Assembly: GCA_029882955.1 (NCBI GenBank)
Contig: JAOUJX010000001.1
Location: 1-36,720, forward strand
Source of the DNA: Gammaproteobacteria bacterium
Lineage (GTDB): Bacteria; Pseudomonadota; Gammaproteobacteria; GCA-001735895
Length of the DNA stretch: 36,720 nucleotides
Direction: 5' to 3'
The position numbers and the translations under genes were made by a program. The notes under the pieces were generated by a model. That model was not told the origin of the DNA and made no database searches. It worked only from the letters and a program-made list of their open reading frames with translations. Below are positions 9,609 to 19,028 of the stretch, piece after piece. How positions within the stretch are numbered: the stretch's first letter is position 1; the number at the start of each line of letters is the position of its first letter.

Positions 9609-11523
9609 TATGCTTAATACAGCAGTCTCGGGTCTGCTCACTTTCCAGCGTGCACTGAGTACTACCAGTCACAATATTTCGAATGTAAATACCGAAGGCT
9701 ATAGCCGGCAAAATGTAGAAATTGCCACCAATACGCCGACTTCTCTGGGTGACTCTTTTTACGGAAATGGTTCACATATCGATGCTATAGCACGTTCTTA
9801 CGACCAGTTTCTGACCAAAGAAGTGCGTGATACAACGTCGGTACACTCCAGGCTTGAAAAGTTTGGAGAGCTAACAGCCCATCTCGATGATGTCCTGGCC
9901 GATCCTCAGGGTGGTGTAGCACCGATTTTGCAGGAGTTTTTTGTCGCGGTGCAGGATGTCGCGGATGATCCTACTTCGAGTACGGCTCGAATCGCGATGA
10001 TGGACATGGGTGATACCCTGGCGAGTCGGTTCCAGAGTATTGATAATCGGTTTCAGGAGCTATCAGAAAATACCGCTGCCGAAATCCGACGGGTGGTCGA
10101 TGAAATTAACGATTTGGTGCTGGCAATACGTGACGTCAACATTGCTCTGACCAATGCTAATGCAGGCGGTAACATAACTCAGCAATCATCCGACCTGCTC
10201 GACAAACGTGACCTTTTGCTGAATCAACTGGCAGAACGTGTCGATATTTCTGTGGTCAATGAGCAGGAAAATCATATCTCTATATTTATCGGTAACGGCC
10301 AAACTGTGTTAAGCGATACCGTTGCATTCCCTCTTTCCACTCAGGCGAGTATTGGTGATCCGACCAGGGATTCAATCGCCTATAATGGTCTGATCACCGT
10401 CACCGACATAAGCTCTAATTTAACTGGTGGTGAACTTGGGGGGTTACTCGAATTTCGTCGAACAGCGTTACAAACCGCCCGTAACTCGCTCGGCAGAACG
10501 GCCATAGCGCTTGCAGAGACCATGAATGCGCAAATGCGTGATGGCATGGATTTAAATGGAAACCTGGGACAGGATTTCTTTACCTATCGGGCTCCCGAAG
10601 TTTATGCTTTTACCACAAACACGGGTACGGCCACGGTATCTGGAGCCATCAGTGATGCGACCACATTAACACTGGACAACTATGTAGTTGATTTTGATGG
10701 TGCTAACTGGAATATTACTTCTGATAGCGGTACGACTGCTTCTGTACCCAATGGCGCGCCGGCTACATTGGTATTCGAGGGTTTAACCCTCACAATAAAC
10801 GGTGCTGGTGCAAATCCGGGTGACAGGTTTACCATTAAGCCGACCCTCGAAGGCTCCAGCATTCTTCAGGTCGCGATTACCGACCCACGTGAAATAGCCG
10901 CCGCTTTACCGATTCGTACTCAGACATCACTCAGTAATCTGGGACAGATAGAGGTGAGTCCCGGCATAGTGACGGATGTTACCGATCCCAACTTATTGAA
11001 TACGGTTACCTTTACCTTTGATTCTCCAGCCACCAGTTTTACCTCCAATAGTGATGTCGTAGTAGGCGGCGTTCCCTATCTGGCAGGGGCATCGATTCCT
11101 TTTAGTAATAATATGGTAATTGATGCGAATGGATGGCAGACGTCTATTAGCGGGACACCACAACCTGGTGATGTTTTTACGGTCGAGTCGAATGTCGGTG
11201 GAGTAGGTGATAACCGAAATGCGCTTAATCTCGCTAATTTGCAACACTTAGGGGTACTCGATGGCGGTATTGCCACAATTCAGGAAGATTACGGCAGACT
11301 GGTTGGCTATGTCGGTTCGATCACGCGGGCTGCTGGTATTGAGCGTGATGCTCAGGAGTCATTACTGGTGCAGGCCATCGATCGTAAGGACTCACGAGTC
11401 GGCGTTAATCTGGATGAAGAGGCCGCCGACATGATTCGTTATCAGCAGGCCTATGAGGCGACTGCTCGTATCATCAGTACCGTGCAGACTATGTTCGAAA
11501 CTTTGCTTAATAGTGTGAGGTAA
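9601..11523 (+). CDS. flgK: flagellar hook-associated protein 1 FlgK
   Basis: 640 aa. N-terminus SGLLTFQRALSTTSHNISNVNTEGYSRQ and C-terminus EEAADMIRYQQAYEATARIISTVQTMFETLLN. Overlaps the flgJ stop by 8 nt. Confidence 0.94.
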   Translation: MPDMLNTAVSGLLTFQRALSTTSHNISNVNTEGYSRQNVEIATNTPTSLGDSFYGNGSHIDAIARSYDQFLTKEVRDTTSVHSRLEKFGELTAHLDDVLADPQGGVAPILQEFFVAVQDVADDPTSSTARIAMMDMGDTLASRFQSIDNRFQELSENTAAEIRRVVDEINDLVLAIRDVNIALTNANAGGNITQQSSDLLDKRDLLLNQLAERVDISVVNEQENHISIFIGNGQTVLSDTVAFPLSTQASIGDPTRDSIAYNGLITVTDISSNLTGGELGGLLEFRRTALQTARNSLGRTAIALAETMNAQMRDGMDLNGNLGQDFFTYRAPEVYAFTTNTGTATVSGAISDATTLTLDNYVVDFDGANWNITSDSGTTASVPNGAPATLVFEGLTLTINGAGANPGDRFTIKPTLEGSSILQVAITDPREIAAALPIRTQTSLSNLGQIEVSPGIVTDVTDPNLLNTVTFTFDSPATSFTSNSDVVVGGVPYLAGASIPFSNNMVIDANGWQTSISGTPQPGDVFTVESNVGGVGDNRNALNLANLQHLGVLDGGIATIQEDYGRLVGYVGSITRAAGIERDAQESLLVQAIDRKDSRVGVNLDEEAADMIRYQQAYEATARIISTVQTMFETLLNSVR

Positions 11524-11526
11524 ATC

Positions 11527-12726
11527 ATGAGAATTTCGACTGTCCAGACTTATCGGCAAGGCATAGAAGCTTTTGGTAAACAGCAGACCAAACTATCGGT
11601 ATTACAGCAACAGATATCGACAGGAGTGAAGATCAACAAGCCATCTGACGATCCGGCAGCATCTTCACGCATACTCGAACTACAGGAAGCTGTCTCTATC
11701 CAGGAGCAATATCAGGTTAATATCGAGGCAGCGGATACCCGGCTCCAAATTCAGGAAGCTTCACTAGCCGCACTCGGCAATATTTCGCATAGACTAAAAG
11801 AACTCGCGATTCAGGGTAACAATAGTACGCTCGATATCACGGCTTCAGGCGCTATCGCGGTAGAGGTGGAGGAGATTCTCAAAGAAATGATTGCGATTGG
11901 CAACGTTCGCGATGCCAATGGGGATTTCATGTTTGCCGGCTATCAGAATAAAACACAACCGTTTGCTGCAATTTCGACAGGCTCTATCAGCCATATCGTC
12001 TATAACGGTGATGATGGGCAGCGCTCGATACAGGTGAGTGAAACTCGCCAGATGGTGGTTGATAATCCCGGTAGTGAAGTATTTTACCGGCTACCTAGTG
12101 CCATTGCCCTAAATGAGCTGGCTTCCATCGCTAATACCGGAACGGGAGTAGTAGCTCCGGCGAAGGTGCTCGATGCCTCTATCTATGTACCGGGAGACTA
12201 CGAAATTCGCTTTACCGCGCCCGGCATCTATGACGTCTTCGATGTGACAAATGGTGCCAATATAGTAACGGGTGCTACTTATGTCGATAGTAACAATATT
12301 GATTTTCAGGGTATCCGTACGTCGATTACCGGTACGCCTGCGGCCGGAGATGTCTTCACGGTCAGTCAGGGGCAATATAAAGATATCTTCGAGTCGGTAC
12401 AGGTTTTTGCCGACACCATGCGAGGTGGTACATCTGCCGTACAACGAGATGCCAATATCGGGGAGTTTCTGACGGATCTCGATGCTTTTTTGACTCGTAC
12501 TCTCGAATTGCGTACCTCGATTGGCGGGCGAATGAATAGTCTCGAAAGTCAAAAGGAGTCGAACGACGGCAATATACTGGTTAAGAAAACCACAATTTCA
12601 AATTTACGGGATACTGATTTAGCCCAGGCGATAAGCAAGCTAACCCTGGAGCAGGCCACCCTGGATGCTGCTCAAGCGGTATTTGCCCGTATTACCAAGT
12701 CTTCATTATTTAATTTTTTACGCTAA
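11527..12726 (+). CDS. flgL: flagellar hook-associated protein 3 FlgL
   Basis: 399 aa. MRISTVQTY...QQQISTGVKINKPSDDPAASSRILEL and a flagellin-like C-terminus LEQATLDAAQAVFARITKSSLFNFL. Confidence 0.93.
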   Translation: MRISTVQTYRQGIEAFGKQQTKLSVLQQQISTGVKINKPSDDPAASSRILELQEAVSIQEQYQVNIEAADTRLQIQEASLAALGNISHRLKELAIQGNNSTLDITASGAIAVEVEEILKEMIAIGNVRDANGDFMFAGYQNKTQPFAAISTGSISHIVYNGDDGQRSIQVSETRQMVVDNPGSEVFYRLPSAIALNELASIANTGTGVVAPAKVLDASIYVPGDYEIRFTAPGIYDVFDVTNGANIVTGATYVDSNNIDFQGIRTSITGTPAAGDVFTVSQGQYKDIFESVQVFADTMRGGTSAVQRDANIGEFLTDLDAFLTRTLELRTSIGGRMNSLESQKESNDGNILVKKTTISNLRDTDLAQAISKLTLEQATLDAAQAVFARITKSSLFNFLR

Positions 12727-12859
12727 AGGGGCAATTTTTTGTTATGAAACTATTATTTTTCGAGTGAGGTGTTATGGCGTAAGCTTTTGATTTTAATAAA
12801 TTATTGAGTTATTCAGGCCTTGTGTGCTGAATATTATTCAAACTATTGTAATTTTCTTC

Positions 12860-12886
12860 TAATGTTTTAACGGAGGCTGCCGTTAA
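12860..12886 (+). promoter_or_regulatory. sigma-28 (FliA) promoter, flagellin copy 1: TAATGTTT-N11-GCCGTTAA
   Basis: Close match to the class-III flagellar consensus TAAAGTTT-N11-GCCGATAA with the exact 11-nt spacer, about 90 nt upstream of the ATG. Confidence 0.8.
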
Positions 12887-12976
12887 AGCCTGCGAGAGGG
12901 AAATTAGTAGTATTTGTGATTTCCCAAACGTTTTTTAACTTTGGTGCTTAGCTGTGCCTAGCTTGGGAGATAAACA

Positions 12977-14212
12977 ATGCCTCAATTTATTAATACAAAC
13001 GTAGCATCGCTGAATACACAGCGTGCTTTGAACGGTTCACAAAATGCTTTGCAAACCTCGTTGCAACGTTTGTCTTCCGGCCTGCGTATCAACAGTGCCA
13101 AAGACGACGCGGCGGGTCTCGCGATTTCAGAGCGATTCACCGGTCAGATTCGCGGTTTGAATCAGGCCGTGCGAAATGCCAACGATGGTATTTCACTGGC
13201 ACAGACTGCAGAAGGCGCGCTTGCCAGTGTTGGTGGCTCGCTACAGCGTATTCGTGAGCTGGCTGTCCAGTCAGCCAACGATACTAACTCAGCAGGTGAC
13301 CGCCAGGCCATTAACGACGAAGTTCAGCAACTCATCTCAGAAATCGAGCGGGTTGCTAATACCACTGAATTCAACGGTCAGCGCGTACTCGACGGCAGTT
13401 TGACCGACCTGTTCTTCCAGGTCGGTGCTAACCAGGGTCAGACTATTGCGGTTACCGGAGTCGATTCCCGCACCAGTGTGCTGGGTACTTCAGAGTCTGC
13501 CGCAACAGCAACTGGTCTTAGCCAGACTCAGATTAATGATCCTGCCCAGGGAATCACTGGCTTTACCGCAGAAATGACGATAACCGTAGATGGTGCAGCC
13601 GCTGCGTTTGCGACAACTGAACTCGTCGCTTCGACTACCATGGAAGGCGCAGTGCGTGCGATTAATAACGCTATTGACACAGCAGCTAATGGTGATGCGG
13701 TGATAGCGGATGCCAATTTAAAGGCTTCTTTACGGGTCGATAACGCCGGTTTAACCAGTATTGTGGTCACCGGTAAATACGACTTAAATACGGCTAATCC
13801 GTTATTTGTAACTACTGCGGTGAGTGCGAACGTAGCTGATCCGGCTGGTGGTGCCGACATACCCACTGTAATACACGCAGGCGGTAACTCAACCCAGGAA
13901 GCCTTGACTACTATCGACGTAACTACTCGTTTAGATTCGTTCGAAGCCATTGCTGCGGTTGATGGTGCCTTAAACCAGGTCAACTCACTCCGTGGTGAGC
14001 TTGGTGCGGTTCAGGTTCGTTTCTCGTCTACTATTGCAAATCTGCAGACCACCTCTGAAAACCTGTCAGCATCCCGCTCACGTATCCGTGATGCGGATTT
14101 CGCTCAGGAGACTGCGGAACTGACTCGTAACCAGATCATTCAGCAAGCGGGTATCGCCATGTTGTCTCAGGCGAACTCAGCACCGCAGAACGTATTGTCA
14201 CTACTTCAGTAA
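12977..14212 (+). CDS. fliC: flagellin (copy 1, 411 aa)
   Basis: N-terminus LSSGLRINSAKDDAAGLAISERFTGQIRGLNQA...LQRIRELAVQSAND. C-terminus RIRDADFAQETAELTRNQIIQQAGIAMLSQANSAPQNVLSLLQ. GGGAGA RBS. Confidence 0.97.
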   Translation: MPQFINTNVASLNTQRALNGSQNALQTSLQRLSSGLRINSAKDDAAGLAISERFTGQIRGLNQAVRNANDGISLAQTAEGALASVGGSLQRIRELAVQSANDTNSAGDRQAINDEVQQLISEIERVANTTEFNGQRVLDGSLTDLFFQVGANQGQTIAVTGVDSRTSVLGTSESAATATGLSQTQINDPAQGITGFTAEMTITVDGAAAAFATTELVASTTMEGAVRAINNAIDTAANGDAVIADANLKASLRVDNAGLTSIVVTGKYDLNTANPLFVTTAVSANVADPAGGADIPTVIHAGGNSTQEALTTIDVTTRLDSFEAIAAVDGALNQVNSLRGELGAVQVRFSSTIANLQTTSENLSASRSRIRDADFAQETAELTRNQIIQQAGIAMLSQANSAPQNVLSLLQ

Positions 14213-14232
14213 CAGGCAATTTAAACAGAGAA

Positions 14233-14268
14233 TGACTGGCCTGAGGAACTTCGGGCCAGTCAAATTTT
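14233..14268 (+). terminator. stem-loop between flagellin 1 and flaG 1 (TGACTGGCC-N12-GGCCAGTCA, then AATTTT)
   Basis: 9-bp perfect stem read directly with a short T-run. The position suggests partial termination or attenuation ahead of flaG. Confidence 0.55.
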
Positions 14269-14282
14269 AGCGGAGATTTATT

Positions 14283-14711
14283 ATGGTTAATGAGACAACA
14301 GGAGCAACCGTCGTACGGCTTACGCCTATGGTTAGTATCTCTAGACCAGAATTGAATCAGGAAACAGGCAAATCATCTGCAACGGAAGGGCGGAAATTGC
14401 CAGTAGAAAGCAATGCTAAACCTCAGGTGCTGTCTCATACCGAACAAGTTCAGGAGCCGCAAGAGCTACACAAAGCGGTCAGGGAGATCAACGAATTTGT
14501 TCAGAATGTACAGCGAGACCTATCGTTTAATGTCGATGAGACGAGTGGCCGTACTGTGATAAAAGTAATTGATCGTGATAGCGGCGATACGGTTCGGCAA
14601 ATACCTACGGAAGAAGTGTTAGTAATTGCCAGGCATATACGCAGTGTTAGTGATGAGTCGATGAGCCGAGAAGTGGTTCCTACTGGTTTATTATTTTCTG
14701 AAAATACCTGA
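14283..14711 (+). CDS. flaG: flagellar protein FlaG (copy 1)
   Basis: 142 aa. Conserved FlaG core INEFVQNVQRDLSFNVDETSGRTVIKVIDRDSGDTVRQIPTEE. Confidence 0.9.
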   Translation: MVNETTGATVVRLTPMVSISRPELNQETGKSSATEGRKLPVESNAKPQVLSHTEQVQEPQELHKAVREINEFVQNVQRDLSFNVDETSGRTVIKVIDRDSGDTVRQIPTEEVLVIARHIRSVSDESMSREVVPTGLLFSENT

Positions 14712-14743
14712 TTTAAACTGATCTAAAAATTGAAGTAATGTAA

Positions 14744-14771
14744 CGAGAAGGTGTGGAAGTCCACACCTTCT
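14744..14771 (+). terminator. perfect 12-bp hairpin after flaG 1 (GAGAAGGTGTGG-AAGT-CCACACCTTCTC)
   Basis: Read directly. There is no following T-tract, so it may be a terminator, an RNA-stability element or an insulator between the two modules. Confidence 0.5.
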
Positions 14772-14907
14772 CACAATCGTCCAGAAGCATACAGGACACC
14801 AACTAAACATAAGGAGAGACTGCGATTTAACTGTTAAGAGACACTTGAGCCAATATGACCTAATCGAGACTTCAGAGCCGGGGATGACAGGGGTTTAAAA
14901 TTTCTTC

Positions 14908-14934
14908 TAAGGTTTTAGCGGGAGCTGCCGTTAA
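14908..14934 (+). promoter_or_regulatory. sigma-28 (FliA) promoter, flagellin copy 2: TAAGGTTT-N11-GCCGTTAA
   Basis: Same architecture and spacing as the copy-1 promoter, about 93 nt upstream of the ATG. Confidence 0.8.
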
Positions 14935-15027
14935 TACCCTTCGAGAGAGGAAACTGATGTTATTTAATGGTTTCCCGAACACTTTTAATTTTAGTGCAAA
15001 TGTAGCGCTTGGCCTGGGAGATAAACA

Positions 15028-16263
15028 ATGCCTCAATTTATTAATACAAATATTGCATCGCTGAATACACAGCGTGCTCTTAACGGTTCACAGGATGCTT
15101 TGCAAACCTCATTGCAACGCCTGTCTTCTGGTTTGCGTATCAATAGCGCCAAAGATGATGCTGCCGGTCTCGCAATTTCTGAAAGATTTACCAGTCAGAT
15201 TCGTGGTTTAAACCAGGCTGTGAGAAATTCCAACGATGGTATTTCGTTGTCTCAAACGGCAGAAGGTGCGCTTTCCAGCATCGGCTCAGCGTTGCAGCGC
15301 ATTCGAGAACTATCGGTACAATCGGCTAACGATACTAATTCTTCAGGTGACCGTCAGGCCATCAACGATGAAGTTCAGCAACTTATATCCGAGGTGGAGC
15401 GAGTCGCTAATACGACTGAATTTAACGGCCAGCGTGTTCTCGATGGCAGCCTTACGGATCTGTTTTTCCAGGTCGGAGCTAATCAGGGGCAGACCATAGC
15501 CGTTACCGGTGTCGATTCTCGTTCCAGCGTGCTTGGCACCTCAGAGTCTGCACTGGCGGCTGGTGGCATTTCACAGGATCAGATTAACAATCCGGCAATT
15601 GGTATTGCGTCTTTTAACGACATGACCATTACGGTTGACGGGGCTGTTACGGTAGTTGATACCGCACTTGCAACTGACATGTCGACAGCAACAACAATGG
15701 AAGGTGCGGTTCGCGCCATCAACACTGCAATCGGTGTTGCGTCTCAGACTGATCCAGTGGTCGCAGATGCTAATTTGAAAGCGTCTTTAAGAGTCGATAA
15801 TACGGGTTTAACCAGTATTGTTATTAATGGTAAATACGATTTAAATACGGCTGCTCCATTGTTTACAGCGACAGCTGTTTCAGCCACTCTGGCAGATGTA
15901 GGTGTCACCGTTGTTGCCGTCAGCTCTGGTGTGGCTTCAGCCCAGGTAGACTTGACAACTATCGATGTAACAACTCGCCAGGATGCGTACGAGACCATTG
16001 CTGCGGTTGATGGTGCCTTAAACCAGATCAATTCACTACGGGGCGAACTCGGTGCAATTCAGGCGCGATTCTCATCGACGATTTCCAATCTGCAAACCAC
16101 TTCTGAGAACCTGTCGGCTTCGCGTTCACGAATTCGTGATGCGGATTTCGCGGCAGAAACTGCCGAGCTGACACGTAATCAGATTATTCAGCAGGCTGGT
16201 ATTGCGATGTTGTCTCAGGCGAATTCAGCACCGCAAAATGTGTTGTCATTGCTACAGGGGTAG
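15028..16263 (+). CDS. fliC: flagellin (copy 2, 411 aa)
   Basis: Same conserved N- and C-terminal domains as copy 1. The central region has diverged (for example GISQDQINNPAIGIASFNDMTITVDGAVTVVD versus GLSQTQINDPAQGITGFTAEMTITVDGAAAAF). Confidence 0.97.
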   Translation: MPQFINTNIASLNTQRALNGSQDALQTSLQRLSSGLRINSAKDDAAGLAISERFTSQIRGLNQAVRNSNDGISLSQTAEGALSSIGSALQRIRELSVQSANDTNSSGDRQAINDEVQQLISEVERVANTTEFNGQRVLDGSLTDLFFQVGANQGQTIAVTGVDSRSSVLGTSESALAAGGISQDQINNPAIGIASFNDMTITVDGAVTVVDTALATDMSTATTMEGAVRAINTAIGVASQTDPVVADANLKASLRVDNTGLTSIVINGKYDLNTAAPLFTATAVSATLADVGVTVVAVSSGVASAQVDLTTIDVTTRQDAYETIAAVDGALNQINSLRGELGAIQARFSSTISNLQTTSENLSASRSRIRDADFAAETAELTRNQIIQQAGIAMLSQANSAPQNVLSLLQG

Positions 16264-16280
16264 ACAGCTGACAGGAAAGG

Positions 16281-16313
16281 CTGGTCCGGGTAATTTCCGG
16301 CCCAGTCGATTTT
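16281..16313 (+). terminator. imperfect stem-loop plus T-run after flagellin 2 (CTGGTCCGG-N7-CCGGCCCAG...TTTT)
   Basis: 9-bp stem with one mismatch, positionally equivalent to the copy-1 hairpin. Confidence 0.45.
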
Positions 16314-16330
16314 CCTAAAGAGGATTCATT

Positions 16331-16759
16331 ATGGTCAACGACTTAACTACTACACAGGTTACCCGGCAAACGCCGGATGTCAGTTTTTCGAGGCCAGAAT
16401 TGAAACCGGGAACAACTGAAACCAGCACGGCTAATGGCCGGAATTTGCCAGACGGAGGCAAGACCACGCCCCTGGTTGAGCCGGTCGCGGCGCTGAATGA
16501 AGAGCCGAAAAAATTACTCGAAGCAACCAGGTCGATAAACGAGTTTGTTCAATTCGTACAGAGGGACCTCTCGTTTAACCTCGATGAGGAGAGCGGTCGC
16601 GTCGTGATTAAAGTGATTGCCCGGGATAGTGGCGATACTATCCGCCAAATACCGACAGAAGAGGCCCTCGCGATCGCTCAGTACATTAGTGAGGTACACG
16701 AAAATGCAATGGATAAGAAGATGATTCCGACCGGGTTATTAATTTCGGAAAATGTATAA
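16331..16759 (+). CDS. flaG: flagellar protein FlaG (copy 2)
   Basis: 142 aa. Core INEFVQFVQRDLSFNLDEESGRVVIKVIARDSGDTIRQIPTEE. Confidence 0.9.
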   Translation: MVNDLTTTQVTRQTPDVSFSRPELKPGTTETSTANGRNLPDGGKTTPLVEPVAALNEEPKKLLEATRSINEFVQFVQRDLSFNLDEESGRVVIKVIARDSGDTIRQIPTEEALAIAQYISEVHENAMDKKMIPTGLLISENV

Positions 16760-16766
16760 ATAGAGA

Positions 16767-16782
16767 TGGTCTATTTATTGCT
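16767..16782 (+). promoter_or_regulatory. candidate sigma-54 promoter for fliD-fliS-fliT (TGGTCT-ATTTA-TTGCT)
   Basis: GG and GC dinucleotides have the exact -24/-12 spacing and a good TTGC -12 element, but the -24 flank is weak. Lies 137 nt upstream of fliD. Motif match only. Confidence 0.35.
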
Positions 16783-16918
16783 TTATGTAATGGTGGGTTA
16801 AGCGAGAATGAGGAGTACGATTCTGTCATGTCTCGCAGTTTTTCATTTATGATCTAGAATTAGAGCTGCTGGCTATTCAAGTTTAGTCCAGCGGCAAACC
16901 AGGAAAAGGTACGAGCAT

Positions 16919-18952
16919 ATGGCTATTAGTTCAATCGGTGTAGGATCTGGCCTGGATCTTTCGGCGATAATTTCAGGCTTACTGAACGCTGAGCGAGTTC
17001 CCACTGAGACTCGTCTTGCCTATAAGGAAAAGGATATCACGGCGGAGCTGTCAGCTTTTGGCGCAGTTAGAAGTACCTTATCCCTGTTTCAGGGAAGTCT
17101 GGATAAGCTGCAGTCTGAGTCATTATTCAACAATAAAAAAACCACTGTATCGGATTCCTCTATTCTCACCGTTAAAGCAGACGAGGAAGCCAAAGCGGGT
17201 AGCTATTCGGTTGAGGTATCGGCCATCGCGCAGAAACAGTCGCTGGCGACTAATGCCTCGACGCCGTTTACCGAGATGACGGATACCATTGGCACAGGTA
17301 CATTAACTATCCGATTTGGTGAAACATCAACCGGGCCTTATGCCTTCACGCCGGATACATCGAAAGCGACTCAGACGATTACCGTCAGTGCCGAGAATAA
17401 TAATACGACACTGTCCGGCATGCGTGATTACATCAATGATAACGATTTCGGTTTCGAAGCGTCCATCGTCAACGATGGTAACGGCTATCGATTATTGTTC
17501 ACTTCGGATAGTACCGGCGCTAAAAATAGCATGGAAATTACCGTCAGCAGCGATGGTGACGGCAACGACGCTGATAATTCAGGTCTGTCGCAACTGGCTT
17601 TTAATGCCTCGGCACAAACCAGCGTCAGTCAAACAGTGTCAGCCCAGGATGCTGCCCTGTCGATTAACGGGCTGGATATTACGCGTGACTCGAATCGGGT
17701 TTCGGGCGCGATTGAAGGCGTTACACTGGATCTATTGAAGGCGGATATTGGCAACCAGATCAAGGTCGAGGTGAGCGATAACTACGTACCGGCCGAAAAT
17801 GCCATTCAGGAATTTGTCAGCACCTATAACGACCTGGTGAATAATCTAAATACCTTGACTGCCTACGACGCTGAAACCGGTGCCGCTGGTATTTTAAATG
17901 GTGACTTCACCATACGCAGTATCACCAGTCAGTTGAGACGGCAGATTTCGAGTACTATTGCCGAACTATCGGGTGATGTCAGGTTACTCGCCGATATCGG
18001 TATTACCACCAATTCGGGTACCGGTACCCTGGATATCGACTCTACCATGTTGAGTGATGCTCTGAAAAACTCACCCGACCAGGTAGAGGCTTTGTTTGGT
18101 CGGCAGGGCCGCCCTGAAGATAGTAATATCAGTTATCTCACCGCCAACGACGATACTCTGGCGGGTAATTATGCAGTGAACATTACCACACTCGCGACGC
18201 AGGGCAGTTATAGCAGTACTGCGGTTAACTCGTTGGTTATCGATACTAATAATGATGATTTTACTATCAAGGTAGACGGCTTAGAGGCCTCGATCAGTTT
18301 GTCTGCCGGTACCTATGCCAGTGGCGATATACTGGCCGAACATATTCAGTCGCAGATAAACGGTAACGACTCAATTAAATCCTCCGAAGCCTCGGTAACT
18401 GTCAGTTACGATGCAGTGAATAATAAATTCGATATCAGCTCGGCCAGTTACGGTTCCGGCTCAAGCGTAGAATTGACGGCGATTGATTTGAATTCTACCG
18501 CCGACCTGGGTCTGAGTGTTGCCGTCGGCACTGACGGAGTCGATGTGGCCGGTACGATTAATGGTTATCAGGCAACCGGCACCGGGCAAACGCTTACCAG
18601 TGACAGTGGTGATAGCAAAGGCCTCGAACTCCTGATTAGCGGTGGGGGTTTGGGTAGTCGCGGTAAGGTTTCATTTTCGAGCGGACTGGCCCATTCCCTT
18701 GATGGTGTTTTGAATCAGTTTCTCGAATCAAATGGCTTAATTGCTTCCCGGGAAAATGGTTTGAAAGACTCCCTGGAAGATATCGAAAACCAGCGCGAAA
18801 ATCTTGAAACGCGTCTGATTAGTCTTGAAGAACGTCTGATCAAACAGTATACCGCGCTGGACACTTTAATCGCCCAGTTTAATCAAACCAGTAATTTCCT
18901 CTCTCAGCAGCTGGCTAATCTGCCGAAGCCAAATTCGATTGGAAATAAATGA
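16919..18952 (+). CDS. fliD: flagellar filament capping protein FliD (long, 677 aa, polar-flagellum type)
   Basis: N-terminus GVGSGLDLSAIISGLLNAERVPTETRL...LSAFGAVRSTLSLFQ. C-terminus LEERLIKQYTALDTLIAQFNQTSNFLSQQL. Confidence 0.94.
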   Translation: MAISSIGVGSGLDLSAIISGLLNAERVPTETRLAYKEKDITAELSAFGAVRSTLSLFQGSLDKLQSESLFNNKKTTVSDSSILTVKADEEAKAGSYSVEVSAIAQKQSLATNASTPFTEMTDTIGTGTLTIRFGETSTGPYAFTPDTSKATQTITVSAENNNTTLSGMRDYINDNDFGFEASIVNDGNGYRLLFTSDSTGAKNSMEITVSSDGDGNDADNSGLSQLAFNASAQTSVSQTVSAQDAALSINGLDITRDSNRVSGAIEGVTLDLLKADIGNQIKVEVSDNYVPAENAIQEFVSTYNDLVNNLNTLTAYDAETGAAGILNGDFTIRSITSQLRRQISSTIAELSGDVRLLADIGITTNSGTGTLDIDSTMLSDALKNSPDQVEALFGRQGRPEDSNISYLTANDDTLAGNYAVNITTLATQGSYSSTAVNSLVIDTNNDDFTIKVDGLEASISLSAGTYASGDILAEHIQSQINGNDSIKSSEASVTVSYDAVNNKFDISSASYGSGSSVELTAIDLNSTADLGLSVAVGTDGVDVAGTINGYQATGTGQTLTSDSGDSKGLELLISGGGLGSRGKVSFSSGLAHSLDGVLNQFLESNGLIASRENGLKDSLEDIENQRENLETRLISLEERLIKQYTALDTLIAQFNQTSNFLSQQLANLPKPNSIGNK

Positions 18953-19028
18953 TAATTCAAGTGCTAAAAATGCTAAAGGATTTCGTCGGAATGACGATAA
19001 AGGTATTTAAGTGAATCGGAGAAAAAAT

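Larger units (their letters stand above)
12850..16759 (+). repeat. tandem duplication of a promoter-leader-flagellin-flaG module (two copies, offset 2048-2051 nt)
   Basis: Equivalent landmarks: sigma-28 promoters at 12860 and 14908, flagellin ATGs at 12977 and 15028, flaG ATGs at 14283 and 16331. Both flagellins are 411 aa and both FlaG proteins are 142 aa. Similarity starts about 10 nt upstream of the -35 element and ends at the flaG stop codons. Confidence 0.9.

Noticed and set aside
13528-13983. 151-aa antisense ORF inside flagellin copy 1, with a similar 95-aa ORF at 15744-16031 inside copy 2
   Set aside because: It is fully embedded opposite a very well supported flagellin gene. The Ala/Ser/Thr/Val-rich translation is the expected mirror of the Ala/Thr/Ser/Val-rich flagellin central region. 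There is no RBS and no independent conservation signal beyond that imposed by the sense gene.
17016-17738. 87-aa and 140-aa alternative-frame ORFs within fliD
   Set aside because: They are Arg/Pro/Ser-rich out-of-frame translations of the fliD coding sequence, with no RBS. fliD itself is continuous with conserved termini.
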